From the NCBI GenBank assembly GCA_951406725.2, contig OX597820.1, positions 14,632,001-14,696,000 of the forward strand: DNA of 64,000 nucleotides, read 5' to 3'. Every line of letters begins with the position of its first letter. Within the stretch, counting starts at the first letter, position 1. Of the stretch, positions 37,064-49,159 are shown one piece after another. The position numbers and the translations under genes are program-made. The notes beneath the pieces are model-generated. The model was given only the letters and a program-made list of their open reading frames with translations, searched no databases and had not been told where the DNA came from. The DNA comes from Octopus vulgaris. Its lineage: Eukaryota.

Positions 37064-37990
37064 CCGTAAAATCTCAAGTAATTTACGCACTTTTTTCGCA
37101 AAAATAAAAATAGACTTTAGCAAGTGCGTAAATTACATGAGTAGATCGTTTGTTGACAAAAGATGTACAAAATGTAAACATCCGTACCGGCAGTTTCATT
37201 TTATATATGCTGGACAGTAAAATGCTTACTTATTCTGTATAAATTTACTAAAACCATTTGATGGTTAACTACTTTTTGAAGTCTGACATTCATGCTGGTA
37301 AAAAGGGTCTGGGCCATATTTTACTTTCCTTGGAGTTTTTACCTATTGCAGTGGAGCACCGTTGACATACACAGTGATATGAATATTCCTGACTGAAAAA
37401 AAACTAATAATATGGATAATCTTGATTATATGTTTTTATTTTTCTCTGTTTATTACTAGGTGCAGTTTTAAGTTTGTAGTAAAGATTGTTTGCCATCATA
37501 ACATGGCAGTCCTGGTTTAGGACTAATGTTGCTGTAGTTTAGCCCCAGGAGACATCATCTCCTGCTGGCTGTACAACACGATCTGTGTCCTTATATTTTC
37601 AAACAAGGGAATCTAGCTGAGTAGGGGTGCTAGATTCCCTTGTTCGAAAATATAAGGATACATATCATCTCATATAGCCAGCTGGAGACGATGTCTCCTG
37701 GAGCTAAATTACAGCAACATTCGTCCTAAACCAGGACTGCCATGTTACGTTGGCAAACAGTCTTTACTACAAAGAACTGTTGCTGAATATCTCACATTTT
37801 GAGATTTGAAAATAGTAATTTTCTAATCTACAGTTTTAAGTTTGTCCTACTGTTTACATCAATTTCAAACATCGGCTTCATCAACATTAAAATGCCTTCT
37901 GGCAGCTCTGTTGCTTCGTTCAAATGTATATTCAACATGTTAAATTTCTCCTTCACTGTAAATGATCCATAAGTTCTGCCCATACTGATA
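37064..37990 (-). mobile_element. Decayed pogo/Tigger DNA transposon remnant
   Basis: TA-CCGTAAAATCTC terminus; 15-bp subterminal IR (37078-37092/37122-37136); minus-strand translation at 37970-37831 GSFTVKEKFN/VEYTFERSNRAARRHFNVDEADV*N*CKQ*DKLK resembles the pogo N-terminal (BrkDBD-type) HTH with in-frame stops. Confidence 0.7.
37473..37773. repeat. Long foldback inverted repeat (145-bp arms, 11-nt loop)
   Basis: 37473-37617 is the reverse complement of 37629-37773 with scattered mismatches. Confidence 0.95.
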
Positions 37991-39204
37991 ATAATGGTAA
38001 TGACAAATTTTAAAGTTTGCTTGATATTTTATAAGTGTGAAAGGGAGTAAAATTTTGATACTCCATATCAGAGGTTCCGGCAAGAATAGAATATATTTGT
38101 AGAGTTGCGTCTGTATTTAATACTTTCTGCTCATTCGCTATATCGTATTGTGCAGTTTCATACACACTCGATGACATCTAGAGAGCAGTTCTGTACATAC
38201 ATGTACATGTAAATGGATATACATACAACACACACATTAGTACAAATACATTTGCGCCCCACCGCCTATGCACACTATGTTCATGTAGTAGCAAAGGCAT
38301 ACTCACATTTTCATAGCAGTACATGCACACACACACATTGTTATTATTATTATTATTGTTAGTGCCAGATGAGCACAAATACATTTTCATACATTGCAAC
38401 CTTCATGCATCCATATGCAAATTTAGAATGATTATACACATAGCACATACAAACATTTTCATTCAAGCACAGATGTACACACATTTTGGGCATATCCTTA
38501 TCATATTCCCGATCTCTCTCTCCCCTTCTTTCTCTCTCTCTCTCTCTCACACACTCCATCCAGACACACATAAAAACTTTGCAGAATACTCCAGAAATTA
38601 ATTTTATTCCAGTTCAGTACTAAAACTTCTGAAATCTTATAACAGAAGAATCTATGCTAATTGATGTATCTTCCAATGTTTTATGGCTCGATGTTTGAAT
38701 TGTGTGTGCGTGAGAGAGAGTGAGAGAGAGAGAGAATATGTATGCATGAATAAATAATGAAGTAGGGTTGGGGGCATTGTAGGTGCTGGTGGGACGTTTG
38801 TTGTATCTCGTTAGTTACACTAACTTATATTAGGTTAATGACAAGGAATTTCTTGATAAATACACAAACTTTAACGCAAAGTATCATGAACAAAGAATCC
38901 CAAGCATCATTGCAAATGTGCATGCACTCATGCATGAATGCACACGTGTGTGTGTGTTTGTGTGATTGCAAGCATAGCTGCATGGCTGTGCACATAATGG
39001 GCTTTGTTCAGTTTCCGTCTACCAAATCTATTCACTAGATTTTGGTCGGCTTATGGTTATAGTAGAAGGCACATGCTCAAGGTGCCATGCAATGGGACTG
39101 AACCCTGAACCATGTGGTTAGGAAGCAAACTTCTTACCACACAGCCATGCCTACACATATTTGTTTATACAATTATAACCTGTATATACACATAAACATT
39201 AATA

Positions 39205-39612
39205 TCCATGCCAGTGCCGCCTGACTGGCTCCCGTGCCGGTGGCACATAAAAAGCATCATTTGAGCATGGTCTATGCCAGTGCCAGCTGACTGGCTCCTG
39301 TGCCGGTGGCACGTAAAAGACACTATTCAAGTGTGGTCTAAGCCAGTACTGCCTGAGCAGCTCCCATGCCAGTGGCATGTAAAAAGCACCATTCGAATTT
39401 GGTTGATGCCAGTGCTGCCTGACTGGCCCCCATGCCAGCGGAACATAAAAAGCACCCACTACACTCTCGGAGTGGTTGGCATTAGGAAGGGCATCCAGTT
39501 GTAGAAACTCTGCCAGATCAGATTAGAGTGTGGCACAGCCTCCTGGCTTGCCAGTCCTCAGTCAAACCATCCAACCCATGCCACCATGGAAAGTGGATGT
39601 TAAATGATGATG
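39205..39612 (+). mobile_element. RTE LINE 3' end with ~4 tandem units
   Basis: Repeated GCCAGTGC..TGACTGGCTCC.GTGCCGGTGGCAC.TAAAA; (GAT)n tail. Confidence 0.8.
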
Positions 39613-39667
39613 TTGATGCATGCCTTTGTTTTCCTCTATATAATGTTATATCATAATCTTAATTTTA

Positions 39668-39702
<35 letters not shown>

Positions 39703-39704
<2 letters not shown>

Positions 39705-40070
39705 GCGCAGGAGTGGCTGTGTGGTAAATAGCTTGTTTACCAACCACATGGTTCCAGGTTCAGTCCCACTGTATGGCACCTTGGGCAAGTGTCTTCTACT
39801 ATAATCTTGGGTCGACCAAAGCCTTGTGAGTGGATTTGGTAGATGGAGACTGAAAGAAGCCCATTGTATATATGTATGTGTGTATGTTTGTCCCCCACCA
39901 TCACTTGACAACCGATATCGGTGTGTTTACGTCCCCATAACTTAGCAGTTCGGCAAAAGAGACCGATAGTATAAACACTAGGCTTACAAACAATAAGTCC
40001 TGGGGTCAATTTGTTCAACTAAAGGCGGTGCTCCAGCATGGCCTCAGTTAAACAACTGAAACAAATGAAA
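39703..40070 (+). mobile_element. Full-length SINE family A
   Basis: GGCGCAGGAGTGGCTGTGTGG..CAACTGAAACAAA. Confidence 0.88.
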
Positions 40071-40499
40071 AAACAAGAGACTCCTGTTAGCTGTGAGCAT
40101 TTATTTGGCCATGGGCGCATATCTGTACATTCTTGTATAGAGATTAATAGACACTTGAGAAGTTGCACACAAAAACGTCTGCACACTGATAAAAAAAAAA
40201 TTAGAAAACCTACCTCTGAAAAGATTTCGGGGTGCATATGAATGTGGAGGTATGTGAATGTATTTGGATTAGAGTGAATGGCCTATATAAAAACACATAC
40301 CAACAAAGATAACTCGTCGAACCAGAAAAGAACTTTTTGCAACCTGTTTCATTTATTTGACTTTTAGATTCCATACACAGCTGTTTACTGGTTCGAATTT
40401 TTGTCATGCATTGGCACATGCTGTTCCCCCCGCCATGTCATACCCATATATATATATATAGCTGAATAATTTTGTTTATAGGTATAAATATACTATAAA

Positions 40500-40616
40500 C
40501 AAGTATTTAAAAATGGAGGAGAAAAGATGTTAAATCAAAAATTAGATGTATAAAAAAAATGGATTCAATTTAATTTTTTATTCAACATCTTTTCCCCTCC
40601 ATTTTTTACCTGCTTG
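40500..40616. repeat. Imperfect inverted repeat (~46-bp arms), MITE-like
   Basis: AAAATGGAGGAGAAAAGATGTT..AAAAATTA vs TAATTTTT..AACATCTTTTCCCCTCCATTTT. Confidence 0.75.
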
Positions 40617-40964
40617 GGCTGTTTGTTTATGAATATGATGAATCTTTATTAGAAATCATTTTCTCTCTCTTTTTGGACCTCTCAAAAAGTTTGAGTTGTT
40701 CTTTTTGAACTTATTTTTTTCTCATGATAGATCGTTAGCCACTACACACATTTTTTTTCTCTCCTTGTTTCTTTCTGTGTCTCTTTCTGTAGAAGAGCGT
40801 AGGCTGGAAATGTAAAAGAGTTTTTCAACTTCCTGAGCGTTAAACTAATACATCTGTTTGTTTTATACACCACTTGTCTTCATCTTTTGTTTTTTTTTTT
40901 TGTGAACTCTCCCCCTATATATATGTATACATACATACATATATATATATGTGTATATATATCT

Positions 40965-41355
40965 TTTATCATTTACTTGTTACACTCATTAGACTGTGAC
41001 CATCCTGGGGCACTGCCTTGAATTTTTAGTTGAATGAATCAACCTCATTACTTATTTTTTAAAAACCTATTGATATTTTTTGCTGAACCTCTGGGTTATA
41101 GGCATGTAAACACACCAACACTGGTTGTCGAGTGGTAATGGGGGTACAAGCACAGACACAAAGACACACACACATAGATATATATATACAATCACATACA
41201 TGCATGTATGTGTGAGCTTCTTTCAGTTTCCGTCTACCAAATCCTCTCAGAAGGCTTTGGTCAGCCCGAGGCTATAGTAGAAGACACTTGTGCTTGGTGC
41301 CATGCAGTGGGACTGAACCCAGAACCATGTGGTTGGGAAGCAAGCTTCTTACCAC
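40965..41355 (-). mobile_element. Diverged SINE family A
   Basis: Reverse complement of the consensus. Confidence 0.7.
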
Positions 41356-41372
41356 TCATACATCTATATATA

Positions 41373-42570
41373 TCATCATCATCATCGTTTAACGTCTGTT
41401 CTCCATGCTAGCATGGGTTGGACGGTCCGACCGGGGATCTGGGAAGCCAGAAGGCTGCACCAGGCTCCAGTCTTATCTGGCAGTGTTTCTACAGCTGGAT
41501 GCCCTTCCTAACGCCAACCACTCCGTGAGTGTAGTGGGTGCTTTTACGTGCCACCTGCACAGGTGCCAGGCGAGGCTGGCAACGGCCACGGTCGGATTGG
41601 TGTATTTTATGTGCCACCAGCACGGAAGCCAGACGAGGCGGTGCTGGCATCGGCCACGAGTTGGATAGTGCTTTTTACGTACCACCAGACCAGGGATCCT
41701 GGCTGGTTCAATTCGATTTCGATTTCGCTTGCCCCAACATGTCTTCGCAAGCAAGGGGTTGGCATGGGTGCCTGTCGTACGGTCAGATTGGTGTATTTTA
41801 CGTGCCACCGGCACGGAAGCCAGTGGAGGCGGCGCTGGCATCGGCCACGAGTCGGATAGTGCTTTACGTACCACCAGACCAGGGATCCTGGCTGGTTCAA
41901 TTCGATTTCGATTTCGCTTGCCCCAACATGTCTTCGCAAGCAAAGGGGTTGGCATGGGTGCCTGTCGTCGGATGAGGTTCTGTATCGACTTCGCTTGCCT
42001 CAACAGGTCTTTGTGTCCAAGGGAGGAAAGGCATTCATAAGTGGGCTGGGCTCACTTGTCCTGCCTGGTCTTCTCACGTACAGAATATTTCCAAAGGTCT
42101 CGGTCGCTGGTCATTTCCTCAGTGAGGCCTAAAGTTCGAAGGTCGTCCTTCACCACCTCGTCCCAGGTTTTCCTGGGTCTACCTCTTCCACGGGTTCCCA
42201 CAACTGCTAGGGATTGGCACTTTCTCACACACCTATCTTCATCCATTCTCGCCACATGACCATACCAGCGCAATCGTCTCTCTTGCACACCACAACTGAT
42301 GCCTCTTAGGTACAACATTTCTCTCAAGGTGCTAACACTCTGTCGAGTATGTACACTGACATTACACATCCATCGGAGCATACTGGCTTCATTCCTCACG
42401 AGCTTATGCATGTCCTCGGCAGTCACGGCCCATGTTTCACTGCCATGTAGCATGGCTGTTCGTACACACGCATCATACAGTCTGCCTTTTACTCTGAGCG
42501 AGAGGCCTTTGTCACCAGCAGAGGTAAGAGCTCCCTAAACTTTGCCCAGGCTATTCTTATTCTAGCAGTT
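41373..42570 (-). mobile_element. 5'-truncated RTE-clade LINE: ORF C-terminus, ~680-bp 3' UTR and (GAT)n tail
   Basis: Protein motifs plus UTR with a ~190-bp tandem duplication (41588-41968) and a (CAT)n end on the + strand. Confidence 0.9.
42052..42570 (-). pseudogene. RTE-type reverse transcriptase ORF C-terminal fragment (frameshift near 42505)
   Basis: TARIRIAWAKFRELLPLL../LSLRVKGRLYDACVRTAMLHGSETW..MLRWMC..RRLRWYGHVARM..RGRGRPRKTW..DRDLWK, typical of RTE C-termini. Confidence 0.88.
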
Positions 42571-42608
42571 GAAAAATGTCTGAGATCCTTGGTACAGTTA
42601 GGTATATT

Positions 42609-42723
42609 TGAAAAAAGAAAAAGAATGAATTCATTGGTAGATCTACGAACTAAAATATTATTAAAAAATTAATAAATTTAGTTGATTAGACCTACCAGTG
42701 AAGTCATTCCTTTTCTTTTTTCA
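42609..42723. repeat. Imperfect palindrome (~50-bp arms), MITE-like
   Basis: TGAAAAAAGAAAAAGAATGAATTCATTGGTAGATCTA vs TAGACCTACCAGTGAAGTCATTCCTTTTCTTTTTTCA. Confidence 0.8.
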
Positions 42724-42844
42724 TATATATATATACACATATATATATATATATAGAGAGAGAGGTTTCCATATATATGTAATATACACACACACACACT
42801 TAAATAGAAATATATATGCACATGCACATTTCCACACACATGCA

Positions 42845-43280
42845 CAGGCATAGCTTTGTAGTTGAGAATTTTGCTTCAAGCCATGTGCTCTGAAGTGTGT
42901 TTCTGTTGTGTAACGCTGTAGCCAAGTGTCTCCTTTATCCTCAGGCTGATCAAACCTTCTGGTCAGAATTACTCAGCAGAGACTGGATGGAAGCTTCTAT
43001 AATGTGTGTGTGTGTCTATGTGTATGTCTTCTCATTTGTGTCTTGACAGGAATTACACTCTTTAGCATAAACCATGTCACCATGCATGTTGCAGTGTCAC
43101 TGGCTGTGGAGCAGTTCATCTTGTGAAAGATGAAGGGAATCAGTACCTAACTTGGAAACAAGTAAGGGTTGGTGACAGGAAAGGTATCCAGCTGTAATAT
43201 TCTCAGCATCCTAAACAAGTTTCATCTAATCCATTCCAGCATGGAGAACAGAGATGTTAAAACGTAGATGAGGTTGATAT
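42845..43280 (+). mobile_element. Old RTE-tailed SINE (A2)
   Basis: Degenerate A head/core then TTGGAAACAAGTAAGGGTTGGTGACAGGAAAGGTATCCAGCTG..GATGTTAAAACG. Confidence 0.55.
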
Positions 43281-43520
43281 ATGTGTATGTGTGTCACAGA
43301 TATACATGTACCCTACATGCTCTACCCATACTCCCAGTCGCTGGTTATTTGTTCACAGCCCTTAGAATTGGCAAAGAGCTCCTGGTTCATGTAAATTAGT
43401 GATTTTCACTCAGGGTCCACATGGCTCTTTCGGGTTCATATAAGATTTTGCCGTTAAAAATTTTTGGGTAACAAATTGCTTATACTTCTAGAATAGACAA
43501 AATATTAAAAAATTTTTTAT

Positions 43521-43877
43521 AGGTGCAGGAGTAGCTCTGTGGTAAGTTGCTTGCTTACCAACCACATGGTTCTGGGTTCAGTCCCACTGCATGGTACCTT
43601 CGGCAAGTGTCTTCTACTGTAGCCTCAGGTTGACCAAAGCCTTGTGAGTGGATTTCGTAGATGGCAACTGAAAAAAGCCTGTCATGTGTGTGTGTTTGTA
43701 CCCCCCAACATCGCTTGACAGCTGATGTTGGTGTGTTCACATCCCCGTAACTTAGCAGTTCAGCAAAAAGAGACTGATAGAATAAGAACTAGGCTTATGA
43801 AGAATAAGTCCTGGAGGTCGATTTGCTCGACGAAAGGTGGTGCTCCAGCATGGCCGCAGTCAAATGCCTGAAACAAG
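43521..43877 (+). mobile_element. Full-length SINE family A
   Basis: Head to GAAACAAG followed by poly(A). Confidence 0.88.
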
Positions 43878-44200
43878 TTTAAAAAAAAAAAAAGGTAAGC
43901 ATAACATTTAACAGAGTAATCTGAATGCTAAAGGGTTTAAAGTCTCACAATATGCCTTTTAACCCTTAATCTGTTGCTTTACTCCATCATTGTGATAACA
44001 GAAGCGCTACTGTGCCACACAGAATAGAATGCTTTGTGTAGTTTGTTTAGTCTACCAGATTCACTAACACAAGGCTTTGGCCAGCACAAGGCTAGAGTTT
44101 AATATGCTCCAGTGTTGCACAGTGGTACTGAACTCAAGACCGCATGGTTAGGCAGCAAGATTCTTACCACACTGCCTAACCTGCACCTGTGTCATATATT

Positions 44201-44858
44201 CTTTTCTACTCTAGTCACAAGGCCTGAAATTTTTGAGGTGGGGTGGAGGGCAGTCGATTTAGATCGACCCCAGCATGCAACTGGTACTTAATTTATTGAC
44301 CTCAAAAGGATGAAAGGCAAGGTCGACCTTGGCGGAATTTGAACTCAGAAACATAAAGACAGACGAAATACAACTGAGCATTTCGCCCGGCATGCTAATG
44401 TTTCTTATTTCTTTATTGCTCACAAGGGGCTAAACATAGAGGGGGCAAACGAGGACAGACAAAGGGATTAGTCGATTAGATCGAACCCAGTGCGTAACTG
44501 GTACTTAATTTATCGACCCCGAAAGGATGAAAGACAAGGTTGACCTTGGCGGAATTTGTACTCAGAACATATAGACAGACAAAATACTTATTTCTTAACT
44601 ACCCACAAAGGGCTAAACACAGAGAGGACAAACAAGGATAGACAAACGGATTAAGTTGATTATAGGCACAAGGTCTGAAATTTTTTGGGGGGGGGGGCAG
44701 TCGATTAGATCGACCCCAGTATGCAACTGGTACTTAATTTATTGACCCCGAATGGATGAAAGGCAAGATCCGACCTTGGCGGAATTTGAACTCGGAACGT
44801 AAATACCACTGAGCATTTCGCCTGGCATGCTAATGTTTCTGTCAGCTCACCACTGCCT
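44201..44858 (-). mobile_element. Multimeric SINE family B cluster inside one ~19-bp duplication
   Basis: Three to four partial units; TGCACCTGTGTCA(T/C)ATATT at 44182-44200 and 44859-44877. Confidence 0.8.
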
Positions 44859-46560
44859 TGCACCTGTGTCACATATTATTGAAGGAAAATGCTTTATTTC
44901 TCATGTAATGACGACACTAAACATTGTAGACGTCTCAGTAAATGTTTCTCCTTTGTATATTATTCTTCCTGCCACCTTCATTCATGCTTTCTCTCTCTCT
45001 CTCTCTTCCTCTGACAATGAGTTTAAAACCTCATTTGAATACATTCAAATGAAGATGTGCTACATCTTCTTTACAGTTTCCTGTTTGTTACTATGGGGTC
45101 CTCCTATATGTCAAACCTCTGGTGACACAAGCTTTTGTCCCGATGTTTTTGTCCTTTGTAAACCAGTAAGCTTAAAAGGGGACCCATCTATTTGTACACA
45201 CTCACACCCAAGACGCCTACCCTCTCTCCACAAACATCTTCTGTTATTACTGCTGAGAAAAGAAACATTCTTTTTCCCTCCATTTCTTTTTTGCACACTT
45301 TTCCTCCCCCTCTTTTTCCCCTCTCTCTCTATCCATCTTTTCTTCTTTACTTTTCTTTTTTATACTCCATTACTCTAGATTTTTTTTCTTTTCTTCTTTT
45401 CTGTTTTTCTTTTTTTTTTCCTTTCTGTTTTCCAGTCTCTCCTTCCCTCCTCTCTCTCTCTCTCTCTCTTCTTTTTTTTCTCTATCTCTCTTTCCACTGT
45501 CTCTTTCTCCTCCACACATAAGCATGCAAATACACATGCACACACACACACAGGCACACACATTCACTCTGTACTTTTTGACAAATGACTTACTGTTGAA
45601 TAAGATTACCAATAGGTCCTTTGTCACTTCTAATCAACTGGCTGTTTCTCTACTCTTCTCTTAGTAATGCTTATTAAGCCAGTAACCCCACCCTGTACCT
45701 ACACAGCCGAATCTAACCTGTTGTAACATCTCTGAAGATATATTTTCACACTGATATTCAACAAATAGCACAACAACAACAACAGCAAAATCATTTTGTG
45801 AATCAATAATCTAAGAGTACATTCTAGCCGTTTCTCCAAGAATTGGTGGGGGAACTAAATTTTGCTGTCATAAACAAATAAGATTGGATGAACTGTTTGT
45901 AGAGAAGAAGCAAGATCTTACCAAAGTGGAGGTCACAACCTAGATTAGATTCCTACTTAGGAATAATTTCACTTTATACATACAATGAATTATAATGTAT
46001 TGAAGTAGTCTTCAGTGTCAGGACTTTTCATTCTGAGCCACATTCCCTAATAAATCTTAAAAAGCTTTGCTACATTGTCAAAAGAAACTAGAGATAAACA
46101 AATCCAGTGAATGAGTTTAGTGGACAATATGGCTGTATAGTGGACAGATTGATGGATTTGACCAGCAACAAAGCAATTAATATTCAGCTGTTGTGGAGTG
46201 AAGCCTCTTAAATGTTTTTATTGTGTTTTTACACCCTCCTGACCTTTTTTTAACTGGGGCTTTTGTTATTTATGTAGTTTGGTTTCTATTTCCAAAGGAA
46301 ATGTCTGTAGGTATGTATGTTGGTCCTTTGTTTGCATTGCTAAAAGTCCCTTGGATTTTAGTACAGGGTTGAAAGAACAAGTGGTGTTTTTATATCTGTT
46401 GAAACTGAAGTAAATTGAAATTGTAATAATGACTTTAACGAGTTGGATTTTTCCATCAGGGACTTTAGGCCTCCATAGAGAAAACGTCCAACTGAGTTGA
46501 ACTCATTTTTCATGCCAAACAAATCACATTGTCATCAGAAGATTAGTGTGTGTGTGGTGA

Positions 46561-46865
46561 AGGTGAGTGGCTTACTGGTTAGAGTATTTGGTTTGTGATT
46601 GTAAGGCCGTGATTTCAATACCAAGCTGTGTATTGTGTCCTTGACCAAGACACTTTATTTTCACATTGCTCCAGTTCACTCGGCTGGCAACAATGAGTAG
46701 TACCTGTATTTCAAAGGGCCAGCCTTGTCACACTGAATCCCCCCTGAGAACTACATTAAGAGTACACATGTCTGTGGAGTACTCAGCCACCTGCATGTTA
46801 ATTTTACAGACTGTTCTGTTGATCAGACCAATGAGAGCCTTTGTCATCATAACTGATGGAGTGCC
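46561..46865 (+). mobile_element. tRNA-derived SINE family D
   Basis: TGGCTTACTGGTTAGAG A box, ATTTCAATACC B-box remnant, TGTGTCCTTGACCAAGACACTTTATTTTCAC core shared with ~57360-57500 and ~20150-20345. Confidence 0.65.
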
Positions 46866-47441
46866 AGTGTGTGTGTGTATGTGTGTGTTCTTTGCAGCTT
46901 ATCTATTCGCTTCCTCACATTGTTTCAAATGAATTGAATCAAGATTTCAACGATCTGATTGTTTATTTTTAGACTGACATTGTTGGGTAGGTATGAAAGA
47001 CCAGATCTGGCCAGTCTGAACATAGAGCAAGTAGGGTATTTTGGCTGGCATTGGAGATTTTAAATGCCAAAGGATCAAGAAATGTTATGTTTCTATCCAG
47101 TTGAAAGCTTTTACATAATGTATATAAAATAATAATTTTATGAAGTTACAGAAATTTGAATTTTGCATTACCAATGTGAAGGTCCAGTGGTTTCTGTTCT
47201 GTCTTTGGCGTTGTGTTTCTGGTAAAGACCATTCTTAATGACGGTTTATTTAGTTATCAATAGACACCTTAACGAACTACTAATGATTGGAGGGAAGCAA
47301 TAAAGGTTTTATATCTCCTCTACAGTAAGACACCTGTTATCTTACTTCCTGCCCCTCTTATCATACTTGGGCCTAAAACTACCTCCCTCAGTAGAACTGT
47401 CACCAGTACCAGTGCCATATGAAAGATATCTGGTACACCAA

Positions 47442-47660
47442 GGCGGCGAGCTGGCAGAAATGTTAGCACGCCGGGCGAAATGCTTTGCGGCATTTCGTCT
47501 GCCATTACGTTCTGAGTTCAAATTCCGCCAAGGTCGACTTTGCCTTTCATCCTTTTGGGGTTGATTAAATAAGTACCAGTTATGCACTGGGGTCGATATA
47601 ATCGACTTAATCCGTTTGTCCTCCCTGTGTTTAGCTCCTTGTGGGTAGTAAAGAAAGCGG
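47442..47660 (+). mobile_element. SINE family B
   Basis: GGCGGCGAGCTGGCAGAAATGTTAGC..GTGGGTAGTAAAGAAA. Confidence 0.88.
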
Positions 47661-47999
47661 TATTTGGTACACTTTGTGAGATGGTTGGTGTTATGAAAGG
47701 CATCCAAGAGAAGAAACCATTTCAAAGAAGACATTGGAACTTGGTTCAACAGCTTTTGCCAATCCATCCAAGCCATGCCAGTATGGAAAACAGACATTGG
47801 TGATGATATATATAGATGTATAATTATACACATTATAATGATTCCTGGCAATTTTTATTATTATTATTATTATTATTATTTTGCTTTTATTTATTTTATA
47901 ATTAGTCAATCAAGCAATAATTATTTTCTTTTTCTTTCATGACGATTAAATTTACCTGTCGTACCTTTCTTACATGTTTTTCTTCTTGTTTATTTTCAG

Positions 48000-48082
48000 T
48001 TTCAACAGTGGGCACATGAATCTGACAAAGCTATGTTTCACATTATATGATTTCAAACAGCTGGTTCTAACTGTTAATGCAG
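48000..48082 (+). other. Candidate 83-nt host exon (ATG at 48016; MNLTKLCFTLYDFKQLVLTVNA)
   Basis: Long pyrimidine tract TTTTTCTTCTTGTTTATTTTCAG acceptor, GCAG|GTAATT donor, unique sequence, one open frame. Confidence 0.35.
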
Positions 48083-48537
48083 GTAATTATATACAGCAGT
48101 TGCATATTATGTAGCCTTAGAAACAACAAACACAACAACAACAACAACAATTATGATGATGATAATAATAATAATAATAATAATAATAATCACAATCATT
48201 ATCATGATAATTCTCTTGACTATTTACTACTTCGTTTTGTTCATTTCATAGCCCCACTCTTCCCCCCTGCCTTCTCTTTTCATAATAACAGTATTAATTT
48301 TAGGGAAGTCTTATGTTAGCCTTCTCATATTGGATCTAAGAGCTAATAATAGGTGGTTTACTGCACATTTTCCCTGTCATCTTCTACAAAACATTCTGTA
48401 GTTATTTTTCCTTCACTTTCATTCAAACCCTCTGTATGTATGTGTGTGCATGCGCACGTAAATATCATCATCATTGTCGTTTAACATCCACTTTCCATGC
48501 TGGCATGGGTACAACAGAATATATATATATATATACC

Positions 48538-48930
48538 ATCGTCATCATCATCGTTTAACGTCCGCTTTCCATGCTAGCATGGGTTGGACGATTTGACTGA
48601 GGGCTGGCGAACAAGATGGCTGCACCAGACTCCAATCTGATCTGGCAGAGTTTCTACAGCTGGTGCTTTTACGTGCCACCAGCATGAGGGCCAGTCAGGT
48701 GGTACTGGCAGCAGCCACGCTCAAATGGTGCCTTTTACGTGCCACCTGCACAGGAGCCAGTCCAACGGCACTGGCAACGACCTCACTTGAATGTTTTTTC
48801 ATGTACCAGTAAGGTAACACTGGTAATGATCATGCTCAAACGATGCTTTTTATGTGCCACCGGCACAGAAGCCAGTCAGCTGCTCTGGTAAAAGCCACAC
48901 TCCACTAGCATGGATGCCAGTCATCGAATT
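48538..48930 (-). mobile_element. RTE LINE 3'-end fragment with tandem units
   Basis: CATCATCATCGTTTAACGTCCGCTTTCCATGCTAGC..repeated TTTTACGTGCCACC. Confidence 0.8.
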
Positions 48931-49159
48931 ACCTGACTTTCCTGGCATGTTTTGGACAAGTTTTTGGGACTAGTTTTACAGCCAGATGCTCTTCCTATTG
49001 ACAACTGTTTTAGTTAGCTTTTACGACATCCTGGGAAACTGTGTACCTGTGCCAAAACCACGATACATACAATGCATTAAAATAATTCATTAGCAGACTA
49101 CTTTCATATGTTGTAATTAAAATGTGTATGGCTTAGTGGTTATGATAATTGGCTCATGA

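Noticed and set aside
44827-45627. 183-aa hydrophobic ORF and the antisense Lys/Arg/Glu ORFs (also 50396-50954)
   Set aside because: Driven by CT-rich low-complexity tracts; no domain motifs
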